Positions 39,557 to 50,502 of a DNA stretch of 64,000 nucleotides are shown in pieces; the stretch's first letter is position 1, and every line of letters begins with the position of its first letter. Origin of the DNA: Eledone cirrhosa (lineage: Eukaryota); NCBI GenBank assembly GCA_964016885.1, contig OZ024750.1, positions 33,914,001-33,978,000 of the forward strand, given 5' to 3'. Both the position numbers and the translations under genes were made by a program. The notes beneath the pieces are model-generated. The model saw only the letters and a program-made list of their open reading frames with translations, was not told where the DNA came from and searched no databases.

Positions 39557-40419
39557 ATAGTTTAGTAGTTTGTTATGGAATCTTTATTGCTACTTCAGTT
39601 CCAGGTCTAGGTATATAATTGTTTCTACTTTTGGCACAAGGCCATCAATTATCCAGTGCATTACTGGTACTTTATTTTATCGACCCCGGGATACTTTATA
39701 TCATCATCATCAACATGATAGTTTTAACGGCTGCCTTCCCTGCTAGTAAGGGTTGGACAGGTCTACATAGACCAAGTCAGTACTGAAGCCATGGCTACTG
39801 ATCTCCCAGATAAGCCAGGAACCTGTCATCTTATATAGGTCAGTTGGTCGTACACAGGAGAGGTTGTCATGTCTTTGACACAACTGAGGGTCCACCCAGC
39901 CCTTTGTTTGTAGTGTACATATAGAAACTTACTAAATGGTTTAGAACTTTGTTGTGGAATCATTATTGCTACTACAGATCCAAGTCCAGCTATATTAAGG
40001 GATATTTTAGTTAAGACTAACAACCCTCCATTTGTAATAAATATAGATATGTTACATCTGTGCTTTGAATATTGGAGTTGAATGTTTCACCAAAACTTGT
40101 TTTTCATCAACTGTTTCTCATCTCAACATTTTATTAAAACTTAGAAGCAATTATTTCCGCTAGTTCAACCAGGAAATGCTCTAGGCTATTTCTTTCAAAT
40201 AAAACAACAATGGGAAATATTTCTTCAATGACATCAACATTGTTTTGACAGTATTTCATCAGAACTATATTCCTCAATTCTCACCTGCAACTGAACAAGG
40301 ATTCATTTAGATTCCTACCTTCAATCTTCTGTCATACTGCAGGTGGTCACAACAACTATAACCATTACTACCACCATCTTTACTACTACCACTACCACCA
40401 TATATATATATGTATGGAT

Positions 40420-40760
40420 GAAGACACATGGCTTAGTGGTTAGAGCATTGGCCTTGCAATCGAAAGGTTGTGAGTTCAATTCTCAGACTGGGTGATGTGT
40501 TGTTTCCTTGAGCAAGACACTTTATTTCACATTGCTCCAGTTTACTCAACTGTAGAAATGAGATGATAGGGACTGGGGTCCCTATCATTCCACTGCAAAG
40601 TGGTCGTGGAGGTGCCACGGCAAAAAAGCACCCAGCACTCACTGTAAATGAGGTTGGTGTTAGGAAGGGCATCCAGCTGTAGAATTCAAGCCAGAATCAA
40701 TTCCCGTCCCACCCTTGCAAGCAGGGAAAAGTGGACGTAAAATGAAATGATGATGATGAT
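40420..40760 (+). mobile_element. CORE-SINE with chimeric RTE tail, full length
   Basis: A-box TGGCTTAGTGG, B-box GAGTTCAATTC, CORE-like domain, (GAT)n tail. Confidence 0.9.
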
Positions 40761-41017
40761 CCCAGGTTCAATCAGGGGTAGCCACAGATATAACATATCT
40801 ATATTTATTGCAAATGGAGGGTTGCTAGTCTTAACTAAAGTATCTCTTAATATTCTGTCATTGCCACAACAGAAATCCAACGAGCTTTTGATTGCAGAGT
40901 CGGGCTAGATCAATACAGATCGAAACTTGAGCTCATTAATAGCGAAACACGCGTCACTACTCAATAAACGTAATGAAGACATAACAAATCATCCTTTTTA
41001 TTATTATTATTATTATT

Positions 41018-41372
41018 ATTGGATTCGCAGTATCGGTAGAAGGTCGGACGCCATGCTTGCCATTCTGAGTTCAAATCCCGCCGAGGTTAACTTTGCCTTC
41101 CATCCTTACGGGGTAATTGCTGGGTAATACACTGGGTAATTGCTGGCCTTGTCCCAAAAGTAGAAACAATTATTATTACACTGGATTGGCAGTATTGTTA
41201 AAGGGTCGGACGACATGCTTTGACGCAGAGAGTTACGGCCCTTGCCACTTTCAGTTCAAATCTCACCGAGGTTAACTTTGCCTTTCATCCTTACGGGGGT
41301 CGATAAAATAAAGTACCAGTAATACACTGGGTAATTGCTGGCCTTGTGCCAAAAGTAGAAACAAATATTATT
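41018..41372 (+). mobile_element. two Meta SINE copies
   Basis: Family sequence. Confidence 0.85.
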
Positions 41373-41554
41373 ACACTCTGCTTAGTTCAACACCTCTATA
41401 CCTACTGTAAAGTATGTATCGAGTGCTCACTCTGGTGAAGCTATAGTAACTGGACGTTACAATCCCTAAATATATATATATAGTTCAAGGAAAGAACAAA
41501 CAGGCGTACAAAATGTCTTAGAAGTTTCATGCTTATATTGGAAAGAGAAAAGAA

Positions 41555-41592
41555 AGTTTGCCATGTCGGACTTAAGCCCTTCTTCAGGAGTA
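41555..41592 (-). ncRNA. degenerate hammerhead-like motif
   Basis: CTGAAGA-A-GGGC-TTAA-GTCC-GACA (GAAA mutated); stem II intact. Confidence 0.4.
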
Positions 41593-41685
41593 CAAAACAG
41601 AGACGGGATCACAAAGGAGAAACAGAAAAAAGGCCTGAGTAGAGAGAAAACAACAACGATGCGCATATGTGTGTGTGTGTGTATG

Positions 41686-41717
<32 letters not shown>

Positions 41718-42212
41718 TGCGTGCGTGTGTGTTATATAAAATGCAGTTAAATGTTTAGCCAAACATAAGTGCCGCTATAAATTCTGGTTTCTAGTTTTCT
41801 AAAGCAACACAACTCTGCTATATTCAAACTTACAGGATCAATTCAAATGTCTTCCATCTTACTAAATTTGTTCCAGTTGTCGACCCTTCCTCATTTCTGA
41901 CCGCCCCATGCCTCCCTCCGCCACTATCGATTCAATGATTTAAAACAAAATTACAGTCACAAAAAAACAACAACCAAATGAAGACATTAACTCACTGTTA
42001 TGTTAGAAGTTCTCAAACTCTTGGGAGCCACCACCCTCCTCGTAATACCCTCCAATTCCATTCACAAGCCATAGCATAGGTCAGAGGTTCTCACCTCCCC
42101 CACCCTTCACACGGCTACAAATACCCTCAGCGCCCACCCCCACTCCTATTTCCAGAGAGACCTGCCTACACGCAAATTGTAAATAATATATAATAAATAA
42201 AACCGTTAATTT

Positions 42213-42500
42213 ATCTATATCTATATCAATGCAAGTTTCGATTGTGTGTGTGTGTCCACCTAAAACTAACGAACTACTGAACCTAACCTCTCAGGGTCGG
42301 ACGCCATACTTTGCAGCAAAGAGTTACGTCCCTTTACGGTCTGAGTTCAAATCCCGCCGAGGTTAGCTTTGCTTTTCATCCTTACGGGGTCGATAAAATA
42401 AAGTACCAGTAATGCACTGGAACAATTGCTGGCCTTGTGCCAAAAGTAGAAACAATAATTTACTAGACACTTGGACAGATAATGGCAAACAAATTTTTAC
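42213..42500 (+). mobile_element. possible Helitron 5' terminus interrupted by a Meta SINE (42293-42460)
   Basis: a|TCTATATCTATATCAA..(TG)n resembles Helitron 5' ends; the SINE call is firm, the Helitron call weak. Confidence 0.4.
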
Positions 42501-42929
42501 TTTGCATAACAAAGAATTCATTTAAATTCAATTTATCTTATTTTCTAATGAATATCGAAAGAAATCAGTCATTTTGTTTTCTTGTTTGTTGTTTTTGTTC
42601 TCCATTCTGTAGAGAAAGTGAGGGGGGGGTGTGTGAGAGAGAGAGAGAATGAAAGACGGGATAAGAGAGAGAGAGGGATGAGAGAGGGGATAAGAGAGAG
42701 AGGGGGTGACAGAGAAAGATAGAGAGGGACGAGAGAGACAGAATAAAAGACGGAATAAGAGAGAGGGATGAGAGAGACAGAATGAAAGAGGGGATAAGAG
42801 GGAGAGGGGGTGAGAGAGAAAGAGAAAGAAAAAGAGTGAGGGGGTGGGGAGAAGAAGAGAAAAAAAAAGAAGTGTTTGGGTAAATTGGGGAGGGGAGGGT
42901 AAAGAAACTATTTTATTTATTCTTTGCCT

Positions 42930-43245
42930 AACGTTACTTTTCTCAACCTATGTGTGTGTGTATGTGTATGTATGTGTGTGTGTATGTCATTACTTTTCTC
43001 AACCTATATGTGTGTGTATGTGTATGTCATTACTTTTCTCAACCTATGTGTGTGTGTGTGAATATGTTTGTATGTCGTTACTTTTTTCAACCTATGTGTG
43101 TGTGTATGTATGTGTGTGTATGTCGTTACTTTTCTCAACCTATGTGTGTGTGTATGTTTGTATCTCGTTACTTTTCTCAACCTATGTATGTGTATGTATA
43201 TGTGTATGTGTCGTTACTTTTCTCAAACTATGTATGTGTATGTGT
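42930..43245. repeat. minisatellite c(g/a)ttacttttctcaacctatg(TG)n, about 7 units
   Basis: Direct inspection. Confidence 0.85.
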
Positions 43246-43739
43246 GTGTACGTGTCATTCCTTTTCTCTGTATGTGTATGTGTGCACGCGTCTGTAATGC
43301 ATGTGTGTCGGCGTTCTTAAGCAGACGATATATATATATATATCCAATTCTTTATATTGTTTTTGTAAAAAAACGATATCCTTTTCACACACACACACAC
43401 ACATATATATATACACACACATACACACACACATATATATACACACACACACACACACACATATATTTATATACATACACACACACATATATATTTATAT
43501 ATATACATACACACATATATTTATATATATACATACGCACACACATACATATATCATTTCATTCATTTCATTTTACATCCGCTTTTTCCCTGCTTGCAAG
43601 GGTGGGACAACATATATATATACATATATATGCAAAAGTTCTATTTAAAGTTGTTGGGATACAAGTAAATATTTTTATAACTGATATAAAGCACTCGACA
43701 AGTTTTTGGAGTAGATATACGATATTAATAAATGGAAAT

Positions 43740-44892
43740 CATCATCATCATCATCATCACCGTTTTACGTCCGTTCTTCCACGCTAGCATGGGTTAGACG
43801 GGTTGTCCTGTTGTGGGCAGTGTCTGGTCGGCTGACCATGCCTTGCTCATACAGGAACTGATCTGGCTTGATTTCTACAGCTGGATGCCCTTCCTAACAC
43901 CAACCTCATTTACAGTGAGTGCTGGGTGCTTTTTCGTGGCGCCTACACGTCCACTTTACAGTGTGGGCTGGGTGCTTTTTTGCCGTGGCACCTCCACGAC
44001 CACCTTGCGGTGTGGGGGGGGGGGCATATTGTTTATATGCTTCAGCATGTACCCATGGGAGGTCGGGTACCCTGTATTACTGCGTGACGCCAGAAGTCAC
44101 GGTCGTGTGTCATTGACTTTGAGAGGTGTAGTTGGGTAAGGTCGGCTTTTATCACCTCATCCCAAGTCATCTTGGGTCTCCCCACTCCGCGGTTTCCATC
44201 AACTTCTAGTGCTCTGCACCTTTTTATGCAGCTGTCATCCTTCATACGCATCACATGTCCATACCAGCGTAACCGCCTCTCCTGCACGCAGCATTTGATT
44301 CCTCTTATGCTCAGTCTCTCTCTCAATTCATTTATGCTTTGTCGTTCACGTATATTACTGTTACACATCCATCGGAGCATGCAGGCTTCGTTTCTCTCTA
44401 ATCTACGTAAGTCTTCCACCTTCAGCGCCCAGGTCTCACTACCATGCAACATCGCTGTTCGGATACACGCATCATACAGTCTGCCTTTCATTCTGAGGGA
44501 GAAGCCTTTTGCAGCTAGCAGTGGTAGTAGTTCCCTAAACTTCTTCCATCCCGTTCTTACCCTAGTTATTGTACTTTCTGAGCACCCACCTCCGTTGCTA
44601 ATTCGGTCACCTAGGTAGCAGAAGCTGTCTACTGTTTCTACAGGGCCCTCCCAGAGATTGGTGGTACTTGTTTCCTGTGGCTGTTTGCTTGCTGTTTCAG
44701 CACAGCTGCTGCATGTGAATCCTACATTCTTAATTAAGCTTCCTGAGATCCCGCTACATCTCTTGTGTACCCATTGTTTGCATTTGGGGCAAAGAATGGA
44801 GTTCCTACCTACACCTTTCCTACATACTGAGCAAGGCCATTTCCCTGAGGGGATCTGGGTTCTGTTTTCTCGTCTACTTATAAGGACCTTAT
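43740..44892 (-). mobile_element. RTE subfamily B, 5'-truncated (PHD-like finger through 3' tail)
   Basis: ORF 44042-44491 LHGSETW..RRLRWYGHV..GRPKMTW; upstream WPCSVCRKGVGRNSILCPKCKQWVHKRC. Confidence 0.95.
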
Positions 44893-44920
44893 AAGGAAAC
44901 TATATTTATAAAACCATATT

Positions 44921-44985
44921 TATTTCATTATACATATTTCAGGGATACCACATTAAATTATGGTATGCCTTCATCAGACAAAATA
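44921..44985 (-). ncRNA. minimal type I hammerhead ribozyme (best copy)
   Basis: TATTTTGT-CTGATGA-AGGCATACCA(TAATTTAATG)TGGTATCCCT-GAAA-TATGTA-TA-ATGAAATA: 8-bp stem I, 9/10-bp stem II, intact core. Confidence 0.8.
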
Positions 44986-45207
44986 CAATATATAACAGTT
45001 TTACAAATAGCTTTGACGTACCCTTTTAAAATGCAACCATTACTTTTGGAGGCTGTCTGGATAGTGATTTGTTTATATTATTTTAATAAGTCATAGTGTT
45101 AAGCACAATTAGAAAAAGACGGAGAGAGAGAAAGAAAACCTGGAGAAATATCGGAGAGAGAGAGAAAAGTATGGAGAGAAGAAAAAAGAGATAAATATTG
45201 TATATAC

Positions 45208-45240
<33 letters not shown>

Positions 45241-45362
45241 GGGGTCCTACTCGTTCCTATTACCCACTCTACTACCCTAAGTATTGAGTACTTTGGTGCG
45301 TTATGGTCCACCTGGTTCCTTACCACATTTCCTTCGTTATATATATATATATATATATATAT

Positions 45363-45795
45363 ATCATCATCACTGTTTTACGTCCGTTCTTCAACGCTAG
45401 CATGGGTTAGACGGGTTGTCCTGTTGTGGGCAGTGTCCGGTCGGCTGACCTTGTCTTCATTTCATCATTTCATTTTACGTCCGCTTTTCCCTGCTTGCAA
45501 GGGTGGGACGGGAACTGATTCTGGCTTGATTTCTACAGCTGGATGCCCTTCCTAACACCAACCTCATTTACAGTGAGTGCTGGGTGCTTTTTTGCTGTGG
45601 CACCTCCACGACCACTTTGCAGTGAAATGATATGGACCCCAGTCCTATCATCTCATTTCTACAGCTGAGTAAACTGGAGCAATGTGAAATAAAGTGTCTT
45701 GCTCAAGGAAACAACACATCACCCGGTCTGAGAATTGAACTCACAATCTTTCGATTGCAAGCCCAATGCTCTAACCACTAAGCCATATGCCTCCA
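45363..45795 (-). mobile_element. CORE-SINE with RTE-C tail followed by an RTE-B tail
   Basis: Head at about 45795; C tail 45460-45515; B tail 45363-45455. Confidence 0.85.
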
Positions 45796-46149
45796 TCAAT
45801 ATCTTATATATATATACTTAATACATTAACAGAGAAAGCTTTAAGCAATACTCCGACCGACATCCATATCACTCAACAAAATTAGGATATACCTGAGTAT
45901 AATCCTAATTATATGTTTGGGGTGTTAACTATATTGTATTTTGCAGATAACCGGTTGTATTATTTTATATGAGACATAATTAAATACATCTCTCCTTCCA
46001 AACGATCATTTCGTTATAAGTTTTCTACAAATTGGGAAAATAATGTCAAGGTTATGTAGAAGCCTACATATAGTCCATAGGTATACATGCAGGTGGGCAC
46101 TTATAACTCATCAGTGGATGCCCAGCAATATCAATATAAAAAAAACCAT

Positions 46150-47285
46150 ACTGATATTAATGACAAAGGTGTCAAAGAGTTTGCCATCCAACTACTTAAA
46201 TTGGGAAATGGGCTTTTTTTGAAAAGGACTCCAATGACCAGATTCAGTTGTCATTTGGCCATAACATTAACACAGAACAAGAACTGATTGCCAGGGTGTT
46301 TCCAAACATTCAGATCAGACAACGAAATGGCTGTGAATGAAAAATGTTGCTGCGAAAGAAATCAACAGAAGGCTGCTGGACATGTTACCGGGAGAGAAAA
46401 GATACTACAAATCAGTTGACACAATCAATTGCCAACGGAATTTTTAACCCTTTAGCATTCACATTATTTTATACATATTATTATATTTTGGTAAAGGCTT
46501 TACCTCACATAATTATCTCACACCCTTGCAAGCAGGGAAAAGCGGACGTAAAATGATGATGATGATGATGATGGTAATATCGAATTTATAAGATTTTGAA
46601 AGTATTTATTTTGAGAACAATACCTTAACATCAGTTTGAGCGACCAGTTACAGCCAGTTTCAACAGAGAATTCTGACCGGTTTTGGCTGGTTTGAACATT
46701 AAAGGGTTAAGTCTTGAACTAGCACAAATTCCTCCACACAATCTGATACAGAAGCTTAGAGCATTGGTTATGCTATTTCATAATTGAGATCCTGCAAAAC
46801 TTTGCAATGATACAACACTCATCATTAAAAGTCTGATGCCCAACGTTGTAGAAGTTACAATCATGTCAGGAAAATTTGCTGGTGACACTTGTTTCATTCC
46901 CAGAATACCTCTGAAGGTAACTGATCTGCCATTTGAATTTCAAAGACTTCAATTTCCTATCAGACTCAGTTTTGCCATGATTATCAATAAATCTCAAGGG
47001 CAATCATTGAATATCATTGGGTTGAACGTGGCAGATCCTGTCTTTTCACATGGTCAACTCTATGTTGGAACAACAAGAGTTGGAAACCCTGATTGTCTCT
47101 TCATCAAGAATGTTGTTTATCCAGAGGCTTTGGAATGAGCAATGTCATAATTCCTCCTTCAATGATAATACACACAGATCCTAATTCCTTAGTCATATAT
47201 TTTGCAAGGAATTCTGAAGTCGCAACTTTACTGCATGGTGTTACTTTGGAAGACTATGCAGGCATTCCTGGGTACCTCTGCTATT
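46150..47285 (+). mobile_element. Helitron 3' remnant: PIF1-family helicase pseudogene and degenerate 3' terminus
   Basis: FAIQLLKLGNG, IPPHNL, FIPRIPL..LPFEFQRLQFPIRLSFAMIINKSQGQSL, VFSHGQLYV, KNVVYPEAL; stops and frameshifts upstream. Confidence 0.9.
46444..46710. mobile_element. MITE A inserted in the Helitron helicase, with a short RTE-C tail inside (46521-46573)
   Basis: TTAA-CCCTTTAGCATT...ATTAAAGGG-TTAA. Confidence 0.9.
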
Positions 47286-48039
47286 TAAAGTAGTATAAGT
47301 GAGGACTTTGTGTGGTAGAAATAGCAGCCAAATCTCCTTCAAATCCCACCCTACTTACTCATGTATGTGTATATATATGAAGCAAAAAGGAAAGGTTCTA
47401 TGTGATACCTTGATCTACTAGAAATATTAGCAAAATCCATTTCAAATCACAACCAACAGTCTTACACACATACATGTGTGTGTATGTATCTATGTATGTC
47501 ATGGGAGCCACTATAACTGTTGGTATACCTAATAGAAATAGAAACCAAATCTCCCTCAAACAAGATCTTACTGCCTTAGAGGCAAAGATTGGTGAAAGCT
47601 ACAGAGTAAAAATTTAAATACACTTTCCTGAATTACAGAAATGAGTAAGTAAATGCTTCATTCTTTCATAAAACAATGCTAAATATATTTATTTTATTTT
47701 ATTTTATTTATGGTTTTTAAAATAGTCTTCACATGTTTGAATTTCAGAGGTTCAGATTGTGCAAAAATAAAAGAAAAAAAAGATGAATAAAAAAAATCTA
47801 AATGTATTTTTGGTCATGTCCTTTTCACTGACAACATACCTAATGATTCTTCCAAGTGTGAAGCATTATATATGCTGACTGTAATAGGGAGAAGTATTAA
47901 AAAAAACAAACGTCACTGTAAAAAAAACTAATATTTTTATCTTGATGATTTGCTTTGAACAAATGACAATAAATATTCTGCTATAATTCCTACTTTAGTT
48001 AAAATTCAACAATCATTAGTCAAATATTTTGTAATATGA

Positions 48040-48096
48040 GCCTAATATATTGTAACTTTAATAAAATACCCAGGAATCACCGGGTACCTCTGCTAG
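48040..48096 (+). mobile_element. Helitron 3' terminus
   Basis: tacccagg-aatc-accgggta hairpin followed by cctctgCTAG|T. Confidence 0.65.
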
Positions 48097-48451
48097 TATA
48101 TAATAATATAATATATACTATGTATAAAAAATATATATTTTTTATTTTCTATATTTATATATATGTATATTCTACTGCCACGCCCTGGGCCCAGGAACCA
48201 ATCATCTCCCCCCCCCCCTTCTGTGATACTAGAGTCCTTGCCATTCCCTCCCTTTTCCGTTTTTTTCTTTTTCTCTTTCTTTATATTTTTTTTTATTTTA
48301 AATTTCATTTTTTCTTCTCAATCTAAATTTTCTTTTTTTCTTTATCTAATAAACTGTATTTACATGATATATTCCATAAATAAATAATTATTTCATTAAC
48401 TCACTGTTATGTTAGAATTTATCAAAGTCTTGAGACTTTGGTACATTCCAG

Positions 48452-48860
48452 TTATCTCTTTAGCATTTAAACTGGCCATATCCTGCCACAATTCTCTCAC
48501 CTCTTTCTGTTGAAACTGGCCATAACAGGCAACTCATACTTATGTTAAGGTATTGCTCTCAAAATAATTTCTATTTTAGGCACAAGGCCAGCAATTACCC
48601 AGTGCATTACTGGTACTTTATTTTATCGACCCCGTAAGGATGAAAGGCAAAGTCAACCTCGGTGGGATTTGAACTCAGATCGTAAAGGGACATAACTATG
48701 CTGGAAAGCATGGCGTCCGACCCTCTACCGATACTGCCAATCCACCGCTCTCAAAATAAATAATATCAAAATCTCGTAGATTCAATATTACTGTGAAATA
48801 AAGTGTTTACTGTGAAAATACAATAGTAAATATAGAGTAATGGAAATGCTAAAGAGTTAA
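48452..48860. mobile_element. MITE A with nested Meta SINE (TSD gctctcaaaataa)
   Basis: CTCTTTAGCATT ... AATGCTAAAGAG-TTAA; the empty TTAA site is preserved in the inverted paralog at 38334-38337. Confidence 0.9.
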
Positions 48861-49264
48861 GGCTGTTCAAAAGTCAACTGAAGATGAACTGGACCTCAAC
48901 TAACCTTTCCACCTTACACCAATAAAACACACATAAGATAAATAAATAAATGAAATAAAAAGAAAAGAAATAAAAGAGGATGAGATGACAAAGTAAATTA
49001 GAAAGATGGAATCAGAAACATGAGATAAAAAAAAAACCTCAAGAAAAAAGAACATTACCTTTCATTTTCTCACCCCCCTCCCTCTCTCTATATATCTCCA
49101 TTTCTCTTTCCCTCTCCCCCTTTCTTTGCCTCACTCCTGGACCCATTTCTCTCTTCATCTCTTCACCCCACTCTCTCTCTCTCTTTCTGCCTCACTCCTC
49201 TTCCTCTGAGAACCAGTAAATCTGTGAATTCACCAATCTGATAGAGACCACTTGGCTCCATCAA

Positions 49265-49580
49265 AGAAACCCTATCTTTTAAAGGTACATTTGCTATTAA
49301 ACTGCCTCAAATTGACCCTCATTCTATATATATTCATTTCCTAACAGAATATAACTAAATTTATAATAATTAACTGATTTCCTAATAAAGTATAATAACT
49401 AAATCTATTATATGTATATTAAAAACAAACCCTATCTTTTAAAGGTACATTTGCTATTAAACTGCCTCAAATTGACCCTCATTCTATATATATATTCATT
49501 TCCTAACAGAATATAACTAAATTTATAATAATTAACTGATTTCCTAATAAAGTATAATAACTATTATATGTATATTAATT
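49265..49580. repeat. 160-bp tandem duplication
   Basis: aaaccctatcttttaaaggtacatttgc at 49267 and 49427. Confidence 0.9.
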
Positions 49581-49994
49581 AATTTACTAACAAAATATAC
49601 CATATATACTTGAATATAAGCCAAGGAATATGTGACCAGAAGAGTTAGAAGGGAGTCAGCTGATAGTCTGGTCAATATTTTGAAGACCCAACCCAGAGAA
49701 AATTATTTTTTTGTTTTTTTTTTCAATCCATAAATTCCATTTAAAGTTAGTCAATTACAATTGCTGACCTTTTGGGTAACTTTGGAGCTTCAAAACAGCT
49801 TTTTGCTCTGCATGTAGTAAACATGAGAAATTTCCCAGTTTAAATAAAGGTGGAATATTTATGTAATTAAGTATTGCAAATATTATTTTTGTGTATTTTT
49901 CCATTCTGTAAGAATTATAAACAAGTTGTAATATTATTTATGCAGTTCTACCTATTTTTTGTCTTTTGTGTGTGTAGGTATATAGGTGTTTCCC

Positions 49995-50402
49995 ATTAAT
50001 CTTTCACCATTTACATTTATATATACTATTGTATTATCACAGTAAACACTTTGTATTACATAATATCTCACATAACATTTACATTACTCTATATATACTA
50101 TTGTATTTTCACAGTAAACACTTTGTCTTACATAATATCTCACATAACATTTACATTACTCTATATATACTATTGTATTTTCACAGTAAACACTTTGTCT
50201 TACATAATATCTCACATAACATTTACATTACTCTATATATACTATTGTATTTTCAAAGTAAACACTTTGTCTTACATAATATCTCACATAATATCAAATC
50301 TATGAGATTTTGATATTATTCATTTTGCGAACAATACCTTAAACAGAAAGAGGTGAGAGAATTCTGGCCGGATATGGCCAATTTAAATGCTGAAGGGTTC
50401 AA
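49995..50402. mobile_element. MITE A with an internal segment of about 72 bp repeated four times
   Basis: catttacatt.. at 50008, 50076, 50148 and 50220; right end aatgctgaagggtt. Confidence 0.8.
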
Positions 50403-50502
50403 TAAAAAAATTGAAAAAATTAAAAGCTTATAAACATTCTATTATTCTTATAAATCATATCAAATATTGAAAGACTATCAAATACTGCTGGATATTTTAT
50501 TT

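Larger units (their letters stand above)
43631..45110 (-). mobile_element. hammerhead-bearing Penelope-like element split by RTE-B (parts 43631-43739 and 44893-45110)
   Basis: Family string aaatggaaa|ctatatttataaaacc is broken by the RTE; GGAAA appears on both sides. Confidence 0.8.

Noticed and set aside
40080-40345. Protein-like short frames and a CAG|GTGAGA donor on the minus strand
   Set aside because: Stops in all frames of the putative exon
46836-47138. Host PIF1 gene
   Set aside because: Intronless, disrupted upstream by stops and a MITE, and followed by a Helitron-type terminus
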